Virus record (IMG/VR): IMGVR_UViG_3300021446_000106
Location: 1 to 61,187 of that record
Source: a virus
Taxonomy: Duplodnaviria > Caudoviricetes
Strand: one strand, 5' to 3'
Length of the DNA: 61,187 bases
Part shown: piece after piece, positions 17,872-27,944 of the stretch
How the letters are laid out: every line of letters begins with the position of its first letter
Position numbering within the stretch: the first letter of the stretch is position 1
Notes under the pieces: generated by a model
What the model saw: only the letters and a program-made list of their open reading frames with translations
The model's database searches: none
Told to the model about the DNA's origin: nothing
Translations under genes and position numbers: made by a program

Positions 17872-18374
17872 GCCGCGTTCCTATCATTGTAGATTATCGT
17901 GAACAAAAGCCCTACAAATTTCCGGGCGAAGAATCTCGAACAGAAAAACTGAACGTTGGCGATTACACACTTGAAGGGTTCCGCGACAAATTTGCGGTCG
18001 AACGTAAGACCCTGAACGACTTGGCAACATCCGTCGGCACCGACCGGCTCCGATTTGAGAATGAAATACGCCGCGCCAACGGGTACGCCAATCGCAACGA
18101 GGACGATAACCCCATCCCCGGAACGGCCCCAAACTCTGCTTTGGATGAATTTGTCGTGGTTATCGAGGCCGACAAACGCGACTTGTATAAATATGCAGGG
18201 CGGAGTTCTTGTCCTAATTATTACAGTAATATCCACCCGAACTCGCTTATCGGAACGCTTGAATCGTGGCCCGACAAGTACCAGAATCTCGATTTTATCT
18301 TCGCTGGAAGTCGAAACGGTGGCTGTCAGGAGACACTTCGCAAATTAGACCAATGGTATCTCAAACATTCCTAA
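17868..18374 (+). CDS. ERCC4/XPF-family nuclease (possible resolvase)
   Basis: IIVDYREQ, VGDY, VERKTLNDL. Confidence 0.9.
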   Translation: MSRVPIIVDYREQKPYKFPGEESRTEKLNVGDYTLEGFRDKFAVERKTLNDLATSVGTDRLRFENEIRRANGYANRNEDDNPIPGTAPNSALDEFVVVIEADKRDLYKYAGRSSCPNYYSNIHPNSLIGTLESWPDKYQNLDFIFAGSRNGGCQETLRKLDQWYLKHS

Positions 18375-18592
18375 CGACAGTGTTCCGGCGGCGGTGGTGA
18401 CGTTAGTATGGCCGAGATATAGATAAGTAGCACTCCGATAAGCATGGCTCCGACCGCGGCGCCGGGCTTGCCCCACGTATGATACATCCAGAGCAATGCC
18501 CGATACAGGAGATACCAGAGGCCGGAACAGAATAGGACAATTCCGAGGAGCATTAGAACATCCGGGAACGAGACACCGCCTGATTCGCTCAT
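18371..18592 (-). CDS. Small membrane protein
   Basis: Two hydrophobic segments. Confidence 0.6.
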   Translation of the reverse strand: MSESGGVSFPDVLMLLGIVLFCSGLWYLLYRALLWMYHTWGKPGAAVGAMLIGVLLIYISAILTSPPPPEHCR

Positions 18593-18852
18593 AGCACGGC
18601 CCCCGCCAACTCGGTCACAGCCTTGCCAATGAGTATTAGCAGGCCGAACACGATTGGGATGACCACGATAATAAGTAATGCAAACCATAGGAGAGCCGAA
18701 GCGGCATACCTGATAGTAATAACGCTATTGTGGCCGTCGTATGTCTCTTTCGGGGCGTACCCAAGCTCGGCAATCGGTAGATAACAGAGGAAATATAACG
18801 CCATCACGGTTGCCACGGTACCGAGTCCACGGGCGAAATAGATTTCTTCCAT
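18589..18852 (-). CDS. Small membrane protein
   Basis: Two hydrophobic segments. Confidence 0.6.
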   Translation of the reverse strand: MEEIYFARGLGTVATVMALYFLCYLPIAELGYAPKETYDGHNSVITIRYAASALLWFALLIIVVIPIVFGLLILIGKAVTELAGAVL

Positions 18853-19024
18853 TATTCTATGACCACCGTACCGACGTTCGTGCACCTGAACCGCTGGCGC
18901 TCACCGCAGTCGCCACACCGCATCCACGCTATCGCGCCCTCGGATGCACCGGGCTTTGTGTGTTCCCGCTCTCTACCACACGACTTACATTCCCACGTTT
19001 GTGGGTCTTTCTGGTCGAACATTG

Positions 19025-19882
19025 TCACTCGAACAGGTCACGCACGTACTCGGCAACGAAGGGGTCGGTACTGGTGTCTTCGCCGACCGTGGTACTGTAC
19101 GGCCAGTCGTCGTGGCTCTCCGACAGATGGCGGTACTGTTTCACGGCGGTCAGTCGGGGGTCCCGCTCGTGAACCAGTTCGTAGGCGTAGTCTCGGGCGG
19201 CGTCAATGCCCTCCGATTCCAGAACCCGCAGGAAGTGCATCACGACCGAGAGGTGGTCCGGGGCCATCGGTTCGGGAAGTCGCCACTCGTACCTGTTGTC
19301 TCCACTCTGGAATGTCACCTCGTTGACGACACGCTGGCTACTGAAACTGCGGTCGCCACAAAGACCGGCATCGCTAACGCCACCATGTCGCCACGGGTCA
19401 AGTGAGCTTTCGCTCAGGGACGTGCAGACGAACAGCCGCATCCACGGTTCCTGACATAGTTCGTAAAGTGCCTCTGCCTTCTCGCGGGGCACCTCTGACA
19501 AGTGCATATGCAGGCCGAATACCGTCTCGCCATACCCCGTGGTTGCGAACGGGTAGCCCATGTCTGTTGCCCGGTCGATGGTTGCCGCGTACCACCGTTC
19601 GGGGTCGCGCGAATGTAGGTCCAGCGGTGCCGACGTGATTTCCGCGCCGACATGGTCGCTGGTCATTTCGCCGGTCGGTACGTCTATATCGAGGTGCCAG
19701 TCGTTGGTGGTTCCGACGTTGTCCCGGAGCCCGCGTGAACGGTCGCCATTACCCGGTATCATTTCCCCATCACGATGGGGAGAGACAGGGTACTCGAACT
19801 CAATACCGATGGTGTCGATGTCGGCTTCGTCGGAAGTAGTCGTGCGCTCGATGCTGGCGGGAATGGAATCTGTTGCTGACAT
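19025..19882 (-). CDS. COOH-NH2 ligase (amidoligase) paralog 1
   Basis: IGIEFEY, AEITS, GLHMHLS, YEWRLPEP. Confidence 0.85.
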   Translation of the reverse strand: MSATDSIPASIERTTTSDEADIDTIGIEFEYPVSPHRDGEMIPGNGDRSRGLRDNVGTTNDWHLDIDVPTGEMTSDHVGAEITSAPLDLHSRDPERWYAATIDRATDMGYPFATTGYGETVFGLHMHLSEVPREKAEALYELCQEPWMRLFVCTSLSESSLDPWRHGGVSDAGLCGDRSFSSQRVVNEVTFQSGDNRYEWRLPEPMAPDHLSVVMHFLRVLESEGIDAARDYAYELVHERDPRLTAVKQYRHLSESHDDWPYSTTVGEDTSTDPFVAEYVRDLFE

Positions 19883-19888
19883 GATGTA

Positions 19889-20155
19889 TCACTCAACTTC
19901 GAGGGTGCGGATTTCTGCGTGGATTCTGTCGGCGTCCGAAGCGGGGGCTTCAAGAAGCGCCCGTGCGTGGTTTAGCTCTCGCCACTCGTAATCATCGCTG
20001 GCTCCCGTCGGGATAGCGTGTCGTTCGGCTATCTCCTGTGCAACGAACAGCTCATCCGTAAGCGTTCGCATACCTGTATAGTCCGTGCAATGCGTCCCGT
20101 AGATTGTTTCCCACGGAGACGGGTCGGCTTCGACGTAGAACATATAGTCGGTCAT
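19889..20155 (-). CDS. Hypothetical protein
   Basis: Operon context. Confidence 0.6.
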   Translation of the reverse strand: MTDYMFYVEADPSPWETIYGTHCTDYTGMRTLTDELFVAQEIAERHAIPTGASDDYEWRELNHARALLEAPASDADRIHAEIRTLEVE

Positions 20156-21042
20156 CCGAACAACTCACCCAACCCCTCATCATCACCATCGTCGTCGGCA
20201 GGCTCCTCCTCAGTGTTATCTTCGTCGTCCCATTCAACATTGTTGAGGCCGGGATAGTCATCGAGGCCGACTGTCTCCGCAAACTGTTCACCGTAGCGCC
20301 GCAGATTTGCTTCGTCAAGTGACGGCGCGCTATTCACTTCGAGCACGTATGGGTTCCCATCTTCGCCCATTATCATATCGACGGCACCGAAGTCGAGGCC
20401 GAGTGCCCCAACCGCGTCAATAGCCAGTTGACTATCGGGCGGCTGTTCTCGCGGGTCCACGAATATCCAGCCGGTTTCGTGGTTCCGCAGGAAGGGGTGG
20501 TTGTCCTCGTCCGACCGGAGCCGCTTCTCGTGTATCTTGACGACCTCGCCGTCGATAACGTGCATTCGGTATTCGAGGTCCGTCGGAACGTATTCCACGA
20601 AGTAATCGTTCCCATCGGTCAGGTAGGCGTCACGCCATTGCAGGATGAGATTGATGTCCTGCCCGCGAGTATGCTGTTCCGCGCGACCGAGTGCCGGATA
20701 GCCGAACGTGTCACTAATCTCGTCTCGATTAGTTGTGTATTCCGGCACCGGAACCCCAGCATTATCGAGCCGGCGAAGTGTCTGGAGTTTGTCAGTATTC
20801 TGCCGAAGCGACTCCATCGAGTTCACGACTGTTTCGCGCGGCCGATACCCGACGCTGGTTCGACTGCCCCATCGAATGAGGTAGTCGTATCGGTTGTTGC
20901 AATCCCGCCCATGCGGTATCCCGAGGAAGTCGCCCAGCCGATTGCCGGTGACGTGCGACCGTCCGTGGTACAGCAGGAAGGCGGTCGTGGTGTTGTGCTG
21001 TCTATCTCGCTCGCCGGTAATGCGTTGGAGTTGCTCAGGCAT
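20152..21042 (-). CDS. ATP-grasp peptide ligase (RimK/YheCD-like)
   Basis: IRWG, DKLQT...GVPVP, EYRMHV, LGLDFGAVD, YVLEVNSAPSL. Confidence 0.9.
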   Translation of the reverse strand: MPEQLQRITGERDRQHNTTTAFLLYHGRSHVTGNRLGDFLGIPHGRDCNNRYDYLIRWGSRTSVGYRPRETVVNSMESLRQNTDKLQTLRRLDNAGVPVPEYTTNRDEISDTFGYPALGRAEQHTRGQDINLILQWRDAYLTDGNDYFVEYVPTDLEYRMHVIDGEVVKIHEKRLRSDEDNHPFLRNHETGWIFVDPREQPPDSQLAIDAVGALGLDFGAVDMIMGEDGNPYVLEVNSAPSLDEANLRRYGEQFAETVGLDDYPGLNNVEWDDEDNTEEEPADDDGDDEGLGELFG

Positions 21043-21346
21043 CGTGTTCTCCCATCATACGGTGTCCGAAATCGACCCACAACCGGCCATCTTTTCGGAG
21101 TGCTTTGTTTACGATTCGCTCGTGAAGCCGCGACTCGTCTCGACCAGCCACTTCCTCACCGGGGTCGTACTTGATTTTGATATGCGAAGCGTCAGTATTA
21201 TCACGCTTGGACACGTGGTCGCCTTTCTCGACTATCCAGCCACGGTGCCCACGATACTCGCACTTCATGTAGAGGCCTATATCCTCGAACGTGAACATCT
21301 GGTCGTCGTTCGCGCCCTTACTCGTCGCCGTTGTTGTCGTTCCCAT
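21035..21346 (-). CDS. Hypothetical protein
   Basis: Operon context. Confidence 0.55.
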   Translation of the reverse strand: MGTTTTATSKGANDDQMFTFEDIGLYMKCEYRGHRGWIVEKGDHVSKRDNTDASHIKIKYDPGEEVAGRDESRLHERIVNKALRKDGRLWVDFGHRMMGEHDA

Positions 21347-21462
21347 TGGTGATGTCCTCCAGTCGGGTTTTTATTTCACGCACGTCTTTGATTTCTTGTT
21401 CTATCATGATGGACGTACCAAGCCCCGCTTCGTCTCGCCCTTCTTGCAGGAGCCTGATAGCC

Positions 21463-21825
21463 TCAGACAGTTTCTCGTTCGTCATAGTGGTCCTGCATCC
21501 CGGATACGAAGTCGGCCAGCGCTTCGGTGCCAGCAATCTGTCGTCCGTGCATCATCACAAGATGAAGCCGGTCCGTCCACCACACTTCCCACGTGCGAAA
21601 GTCAATCCGCACTGGAACCGTGCGGGCATGGTCAGGAACCCGGTCGGGTGGGCGGAGTGGCGACAGTTCTCTCGACCGTCCGTCGGTAACAATTCCTTGC
21701 AGGATAATGTCGCCACATTTAGGACACTCATATTTGACAGATGTGCCCCGCCCGATACAGCGCACTTCTGACGGAATCTGTGACCCACAACAGAAGCACT
21801 CCTTGTTTGGCTCACGGTATATCAT
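21463..21825 (-). CDS. Zinc-ribbon protein
   Basis: CFCCG...CPKCG. Confidence 0.5.
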   Translation of the reverse strand: MIYREPNKECFCCGSQIPSEVRCIGRGTSVKYECPKCGDIILQGIVTDGRSRELSPLRPPDRVPDHARTVPVRIDFRTWEVWWTDRLHLVMMHGRQIAGTEALADFVSGMQDHYDERETV

Positions 21826-21967
21826 CTGTCATTATGGCGCATCCTGTCGAGGCAGTCACCACACGTTTTCCCATTGTAGGGCACGATATTCCCACACCGC
21901 TCGTAGTTGATGCAGGCGTTCTCGGGGTCCAGCACTTCTGTATCAATATCGTCATTAACGATGTGGG

Positions 21968-23191
21968 TCACTTGACTGCCCCCTCGACTAAGTTTGTATC
22001 CTGTTCGAGTATGTCGTACACCTCGTTTGCTATCTCGGCGGCCTCCCGCATATCCATGTCGCCATCGGTTGCGTCCATGACGGCTTCGCCAGCGGCCGAC
22101 GCGATTTCCTTCTGGATTTCATTAGCTTCGCTATCCTCCGCAAAGTCGGAGAGCGAGGTTTGGCCGGGCTTGATGGGGTTCTGTTCGGCCCATATTTCAA
22201 GCTGTTCGATGTCGTGGTCCGGCGTCTCATCGGTGTACCAGTAGTACATTCGCGGGTCGGCGTCCCGGTAGATGAACTCGGACTTATCTTCTTCGGTGTC
22301 GATGAGCTTGACAATACCGGGCGCAACCTTGACCGCGACAAGCCGGCCGGCGTTGGGGAGCAGATTTTCGTAGGCGATAGCGTACTTGTCCGTCTCGTGG
22401 TCGTCGGCAGAAGCGCCGCCCCCGTTCGGCCAGCTCGAATAGGTTTCCTGTGTCGTCCTTCGCGTGACCGTCCCGCTCCGAGTGTTCTTCGACCGACTCC
22501 GCGAATAGGTGTACTCTTTCGTCTCAACATCCGGCTGTCCTTCGGCTGGCGTTATGAGCATCCACTCGTTTTTCGACCGCTCGAAGCCAAGCTCATCCGG
22601 GTTCTCGAAGGACCGGCGACTGCACGTCATTGACACATCATCAGTCAGGTGATACTTCTTGGACACTCGAATGAGAATCCCATCGTCAGCGAACAGCAGG
22701 TAGTTCAGGTTGCCCGAGAACGAGTACGTACTTTGCCCGTGGTCAGCAACGCTCTCTGGGAGTTCGCTGACTTTGTGTGCAAGTATCTCGCTATCGACCT
22801 TCGTGTTGAAGTCGTGCTCAGCACCGATGAGGCCAGCGCGAATACTGCGGTGGTTCCGAACACTCCCATTGTGGACTACGTGGTCGAACTCACACTTATC
22901 ACAGTCCACATGAATCGGGTGGGCCGCCGCACGATTGACGCCGCCGCAGGTTCCGAAGCGCCCATGAATTACGAACCGCCATGTATCATTGAGGTGGCGG
23001 GACATGAACTCGTGAAGCGTCTGCCAATGCGGCGTCGTTGACTTGTATGTCTCGTACTCGAACCCATCGCTGTTGTGTTTGACAGCGAGTACACCAAGTC
23101 CGTCGCCCTGTTCCGCATGGAACTTGGCGGCTATCTGGTGCATGATGGACAGGTTACACGACTCGGGGTTACAGACTGCTATCTCGCACAT
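21968..23191 (-). CDS. Class-II (Ntn) glutamine amidotransferase with C-terminal extension
   Basis: Cys2, DGLG, HGRFGTCG, HP, HNG, DSE. Confidence 0.9.
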   Translation of the reverse strand: MCEIAVCNPESCNLSIMHQIAAKFHAEQGDGLGVLAVKHNSDGFEYETYKSTTPHWQTLHEFMSRHLNDTWRFVIHGRFGTCGGVNRAAAHPIHVDCDKCEFDHVVHNGSVRNHRSIRAGLIGAEHDFNTKVDSEILAHKVSELPESVADHGQSTYSFSGNLNYLLFADDGILIRVSKKYHLTDDVSMTCSRRSFENPDELGFERSKNEWMLITPAEGQPDVETKEYTYSRSRSKNTRSGTVTRRTTQETYSSWPNGGGASADDHETDKYAIAYENLLPNAGRLVAVKVAPGIVKLIDTEEDKSEFIYRDADPRMYYWYTDETPDHDIEQLEIWAEQNPIKPGQTSLSDFAEDSEANEIQKEIASAAGEAVMDATDGDMDMREAAEIANEVYDILEQDTNLVEGAVK

Positions 23192-23257
23192 GTTAATGGT
23201 TGGTTAACTGCATTTCGGTTTCCGCGCGAACGCCAGCCACGGTCTGTCGGTTGGTTG

Positions 23258-24310
23258 TCATTTCTTCTTCTTGACGAGCTTTTTGAGTTCCTCGGTCGCT
23301 TCTGTTTCGCGCGGGTTCTGTCCATCACGCCGGTAGGCAGAGCGCACATCGTCGGCTAACTCTGCGTCCGTGACCTGTTCGAGTGAGTCAGCGTACAGTA
23401 CATCGCTCGGGGTGAACTCCACGCCAGCTATCTCGCACGACGAGCCAGCGAACCGTGTGTCGTAGTCGAACACGTAGAATGGCGTATCACGAAGCTCGAC
23501 GGCGTAGATTTCAGGTGCATCCCACGTTGCCGAAACTTCATCGTAGAATGACTCGGGGTCGGACTCGAAGGGTTCTCGCGCGACAGTCGGCCGGTCATCG
23601 AGGTCCATGCCCACGGCTTCCGCGCGGCGAATTGCTGTTATTCTATCATCGACAGCGTCGAGCTTTTCCTGCGCGTACTGGATTGCCGTCTCTCTATCTT
23701 CGACAAAGAGCGCGAGGAACCGCATAATCATACCGACGTGTTCGGGGAGAACAGGCTCGGGAAGCCGCCACTCGTAGTGTCCACCACCACGCTCATTGAC
23801 GACGTGATAGTGCCCGGCCCCGAATTGCAAATCACAGTACCGACCACCACGGAACACCGGCCATTGCAGGCTTCCGTTGGAATTTCTCGCAATAGATGAG
23901 CAGAATAGCACTTGCGCCCACGGTTCACAGGAAATATCCGCAAGGTCCTGTGCCGTATCGCGCGAGATTTCGGAGATATGAATATGTAGACCAGCAGTAG
24001 AACCATCCGACATGAGGCCAGTCGGCTCGAACCTATCATTATACTCGGCCTCGATGAAGCTAATCACGTCGCCATACCACGACTCTGCATCCTCGATTGG
24101 AAGCACGTCCGACACCACTTCGAGGCCGACCGTCCCATCATAGACTGCACGACCGCCAATCGGTGACGGCCACGTGTCAATCGCATCGAGGAGCGGGTTC
24201 GACGGCGTGCCGCGACTGACGAGGTGTTCACCATCCGATATGGGGTACTCTACTTCGAGGCCGACACTCAAGTCGCTATCGCGTACGTCGAAGTCGATGT
24301 TACTTGGCAT
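23258..24310 (-). CDS. COOH-NH2 ligase (amidoligase) paralog 2
   Basis: VGLEVEY, DGTVGLEVVS, AGLHIHIS, YEWRLPEP. Confidence 0.87.
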   Translation of the reverse strand: MPSNIDFDVRDSDLSVGLEVEYPISDGEHLVSRGTPSNPLLDAIDTWPSPIGGRAVYDGTVGLEVVSDVLPIEDAESWYGDVISFIEAEYNDRFEPTGLMSDGSTAGLHIHISEISRDTAQDLADISCEPWAQVLFCSSIARNSNGSLQWPVFRGGRYCDLQFGAGHYHVVNERGGGHYEWRLPEPVLPEHVGMIMRFLALFVEDRETAIQYAQEKLDAVDDRITAIRRAEAVGMDLDDRPTVAREPFESDPESFYDEVSATWDAPEIYAVELRDTPFYVFDYDTRFAGSSCEIAGVEFTPSDVLYADSLEQVTDAELADDVRSAYRRDGQNPRETEATEELKKLVKKKK

Positions 24311-24944
24311 TGGTGGGTGTGAGAATTACCTTCTGGTAGTTGTCTGTCCGTCGGTCGGGGCCAAAGGGGCGATTCTTTCGGGCAACAAGACCGCGCTCGG
24401 TCAGGTGGTAGCCCCCCGACGCATGGATATACATGGACTCGCGCCCAAGTAACACATACGCTGGCTGGCCACCGAAGAACGCCTCTGCACCCTCGAATGT
24501 CGAAGGGACTTCACCGAATGTATGCCCGATTATTTCGCTATCCACGCCTGTCTGGAACGTGTGTCCCTCATCTTGGAGCGCCCGACGGCGGCGTTTGTGA
24601 TTGTATGCCATGCCATTGTGGATAACGTACTCCATGTCGCATTCATCACACTCGATTTCGAGCGGGTGTGTATTTGTCTCGGTCACATCGCCACAGGTTG
24701 CCAGCCGCCCGTGCATGACACATCGTATCGCGCCGTCCGAATTGGCCTCGATGAACTCCCGCATGGCGTCGAGGTCGGGGGCCACGGATTTGTACACGTC
24801 GTACTCGAACGTGGTCCGGTCGTCACTCTCGCTGACATATACGATGCCAGCACCGTCACCCATCCGTTCGTAGATGGACGTGATAATGTCGAGCTGTTCA
24901 CCTGTCTCTGCGTGTCGTGGGTCGATAATGCTAATTTCACACAT
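24300..24944 (-). CDS. Class-II (Ntn) glutamine amidotransferase
   Basis: Cys2, DGAG, HGRLATCG, HP, HNG, DSE. Confidence 0.9.
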   Translation of the reverse strand: MCEISIIDPRHAETGEQLDIITSIYERMGDGAGIVYVSESDDRTTFEYDVYKSVAPDLDAMREFIEANSDGAIRCVMHGRLATCGDVTETNTHPLEIECDECDMEYVIHNGMAYNHKRRRRALQDEGHTFQTGVDSEIIGHTFGEVPSTFEGAEAFFGGQPAYVLLGRESMYIHASGGYHLTERGLVARKNRPFGPDRRTDNYQKVILTPTNAK

Positions 24945-24945
24945 A

Positions 24946-26310
24946 TTATGCGATGATTACGTTGTCGAGTACCTGCTTGGCATCCCGGAGCGCCTCGGTA
25001 TTTTCTTGGAGCACACGAAGGTCGTATCGCCCCCGGCCTTCGTAGTTGACGATGAAGATGCCTTCCTCGGTGAAGAATCGCCGCGGGTTCTCGAACGCAT
25101 CTTCGAGCAGGGTTTGCTCTGCCTCGGTAACATCGCCCGACGCTGTTTCGGCTCGCGGATGGTCCTGTGCAGAGAGGCTCACCACATCGTTGCGGTTGAC
25201 CATAACGCGGTCAGTATCTGCTCGAATCCGGCTGGCATCGTTTTCATTGTCGATAGAATCGAAGGCCCCATCTGCCTCATCCGCGAGAACGGGGCCATTC
25301 GACCTGATACGATACTGGCCCGAGTCGGTGACGACAGCAACCTGTGGATTATCCTCGCGTAACCTGTCCGCGCAGGTGCCACAGAATAGCCCCGGTCGAT
25401 TAGCGAAGAACTCGTCGCCAGTTTCGTGTAGCGACACAATGTCGGCGTCGGGATGCTGTCGGACCCACACTACACCCTGCGTGCGATGATGGATTTTGTT
25501 GAACGTATCACCACACATCAGGCACGTTTCCTGTGGAATATTTGACGGGTCGATAGTATCCCACGCATCCCGTGGCGCGACGACATCTGCCATGAACGGT
25601 CGGATGTTCCCATCGAACTCGGCCAGCGTTTTCGCGCGGCTGGCATCGGTGCCGTCCTGATACCAGTTGAGAAACTCACTCACGTTTTCGACTTCACGCG
25701 CGATACCAATATCGTCATCATTTGCTGACAGCATGAGCGCCAGCTCGACGTTTTCTTCGGGAAGGTCGTCCATGTCGGTGTCGTGTTCCTCGAACCACCC
25801 GAGGTTCGACTGAATGTCGTATCCCATTACATCCATTGACTCCGCGAAGTCGCGGCAGTTATCGAGGTACTCCTCAGACCTGTCCGTGAACCGCGCTTCG
25901 TAGGCCGCCACATATGCGCGTGCAATGTGGGGCCACTCCATTGTTTCGTTATTGAAGGCGAGGGTCCAGTCATCTTGCCGGTTATACTCGTCGGCGATAC
26001 GCGCGCTGGTATCTTCGAGTATTGCGTGGCGTAGCTCAGAGAACCCATCGTAGTCCCTGCATTCGATACCTCGTTCGTGCGCGACTCTGATGAACCACGC
26101 GGTTGGGGTAATGTCTGTCATTGAATCGGGCGATGTATGTAGTGCCGGTGACGGCGACTTCCCAATGGCGACGGAAAGCGAATCGGTAACGGGTTCGCTT
26201 GTCCCAACGGCTTGGGAAATTTCTTGCGACTGCCCGCTAATTTGTTCGTTAACGCGGTCGATAACCTCTTGCGAAATATGGAGTGTCGTATCGGAATCAC
26301 GGTTGGGCAT
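24946..26310 (-). CDS. Hypothetical protein (454 aa) with two CxxC pairs
   Basis: Long acidic ORF coupled to the GATase gene. Confidence 0.75.
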   Translation of the reverse strand: MPNRDSDTTLHISQEVIDRVNEQISGQSQEISQAVGTSEPVTDSLSVAIGKSPSPALHTSPDSMTDITPTAWFIRVAHERGIECRDYDGFSELRHAILEDTSARIADEYNRQDDWTLAFNNETMEWPHIARAYVAAYEARFTDRSEEYLDNCRDFAESMDVMGYDIQSNLGWFEEHDTDMDDLPEENVELALMLSANDDDIGIAREVENVSEFLNWYQDGTDASRAKTLAEFDGNIRPFMADVVAPRDAWDTIDPSNIPQETCLMCGDTFNKIHHRTQGVVWVRQHPDADIVSLHETGDEFFANRPGLFCGTCADRLREDNPQVAVVTDSGQYRIRSNGPVLADEADGAFDSIDNENDASRIRADTDRVMVNRNDVVSLSAQDHPRAETASGDVTEAEQTLLEDAFENPRRFFTEEGIFIVNYEGRGRYDLRVLQENTEALRDAKQVLDNVIIA

Positions 26311-26743
26311 TCTTATCTTTAACGATTATTTCGCCGACTGTCGGCCGGGGAATGAACTTGAACTGCGACTGCTCCAACTTTACCGCATACTCGTAGCCCT
26401 TCGACTCAAGCATCTCGGTGAGTTGCTGGACATTCCGTCGCCGGACCGCATACATGGAAGTTCGTGGCTCGTAGAATGGGTTCGAGCGGTCTACAAACTC
26501 GTGCAGTAGGTGGCTGGTTGGGCCATTACACGCCTTTTCAATTTCGTCGGGAAATCCGCTCTGCGTCACGTCATGCCACGAGTACACGGCCACGAAGTTG
26601 AAGTCGTCCTCGTGTATTTGTTCTGTGCCGCCGCCGTCGCCACCGATTCGCGCCAGTTGATGTACGTCTGCCCCCGGTGGCGCGGGGTCCGATGACCAGC
26701 CAGCATTTCGTTCAGTATAGCTCGCCATTGTCGATGTAGACAT
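26297..26743 (-). CDS. Hypothetical protein
   Basis: Operon context. Confidence 0.6.
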   Translation of the reverse strand: MSTSTMASYTERNAGWSSDPAPPGADVHQLARIGGDGGGTEQIHEDDFNFVAVYSWHDVTQSGFPDEIEKACNGPTSHLLHEFVDRSNPFYEPRTSMYAVRRRNVQQLTEMLESKGYEYAVKLEQSQFKFIPRPTVGEIIVKDKNAQP

Positions 26744-26880
26744 CCATTGCTGGATACCCGCGCGCGACGAGCCATTCGCGGAGCTGTTCGGTCACTTCGT
26801 CGGCGTGTTCCTCGGAGAGTGTCTCTTTTGACATTCCCTCGACCACGAAGGCCACCCGTTTGGTGTCGGGCGGGTCCGGG

Positions 26881-27267
26881 TCATTCGATGACGGAGTCGT
26901 TGAATGGTGTTTCTCCGTAGGAATTGACCGGCACGTCATCCCTGTCATCGGTCCGTGGCGGTTCGTCGCGTATCTCGACTTGGTAGGTGGTTTCTGTGAC
27001 ATCAGCGTGGTGTGATACCGCATTGCGTATTGTTCGCGCCTGTTCATGTATGTCATAGCGGTGCATACGGAACCCACGTGGATAGCCCCAGTAAATGACG
27101 ACATGATTAATCGGTTGGTGTTCGGCAAGCACAGCCTCCGCCCCATCGCGCCCGCCGATAATGTACCGAGCCGAATCGCCATTCCCATAGCACCACCGCA
27201 TATTACTGGCCGTCGTTGGACCAGTCTCCGTGAGGAACCCCTGCACCAAATCTTCTTGGGTTGCCAT
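26881..27267 (-). CDS. Hypothetical protein
   Basis: Operon context. Confidence 0.65.
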   Translation of the reverse strand: MATQEDLVQGFLTETGPTTASNMRWCYGNGDSARYIIGGRDGAEAVLAEHQPINHVVIYWGYPRGFRMHRYDIHEQARTIRNAVSHHADVTETTYQVEIRDEPPRTDDRDDVPVNSYGETPFNDSVIE

Positions 27268-27437
27268 GTTAACCAGAGGTTAATGGGTTGGCTCGAAGCC
27301 GTACCAGTTGTTTTCCTTGAGCGGGAAGATGTGGTTGGTTACTAAACTGTCGTCGCCGTCGGTGTCGGTGTGTCGTATCATCGTTGGGTTCGTGCGAGAT
27401 TTGTAATTTGGGTAACGGTTCGAGGGTTCGTTTTCTG

Positions 27438-27488
27438 TCCACCTATTTCCTTACCTCTCATCCTAAAGAGAGGTAAGGAATAGGTGGA
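27438..27488. repeat. 21-bp inverted repeat (one bulge) with loop ATCCTAAA
   Basis: TCCACCTATTTCCTTACCTCTC / GAGAGGTAAGGAATAGGTGGA. Confidence 0.95.
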
Positions 27489-27489
27489 G

Positions 27490-27861
27490 TTACTGGTTGG
27501 CCTCATCGTAGACGGTACCAGCCACCATTAGCGCCTCGGCTTCACGCGCCGCCGAACTGATTGTCGTGAAGTCAGTCTCTATCTCCGCGACAAGATTGTC
27601 GGTGCCGTTCGGGTTATGTTCCAACAGAAGAATCTGGAACACGGGGCGTCGCCGTTCGTGCGGCCCCGGCATATCCTCGACGGTGAGTTGGTGCGCTGTT
27701 TCAGGATGTTCCCACGCTTGGTGCTGGAACATCGAGTATTCCGGCTCGATTTCGTACCACGGGTCGGTCATGCTTTCGTCTGTTTCGATTGTGCTCATAT
27801 CAACACCTCGTTGGAACGTACCAGAATGCCCCGGCCATACCAGCGAGTGCGAGTATGGCAC
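27490..27861 (-). CDS. Hypothetical protein (true start probably MSTIET, ~27798)
   Basis: Acidic; GAGGTG precedes the internal ATG. Confidence 0.6.
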   Translation of the reverse strand: MPYSHSLVWPGHSGTFQRGVDMSTIETDESMTDPWYEIEPEYSMFQHQAWEHPETAHQLTVEDMPGPHERRRPVFQILLLEHNPNGTDNLVAEIETDFTTISSAAREAEALMVAGTVYDEANQ

Positions 27862-27944
27862 CGGCCCAGTATATTACTGGGTGAACTGCGCGGAGGAGCA
27901 TGAGGGGGATGGAAAGGCCAAGCAACGCGAGAACTGCGTCGCAT

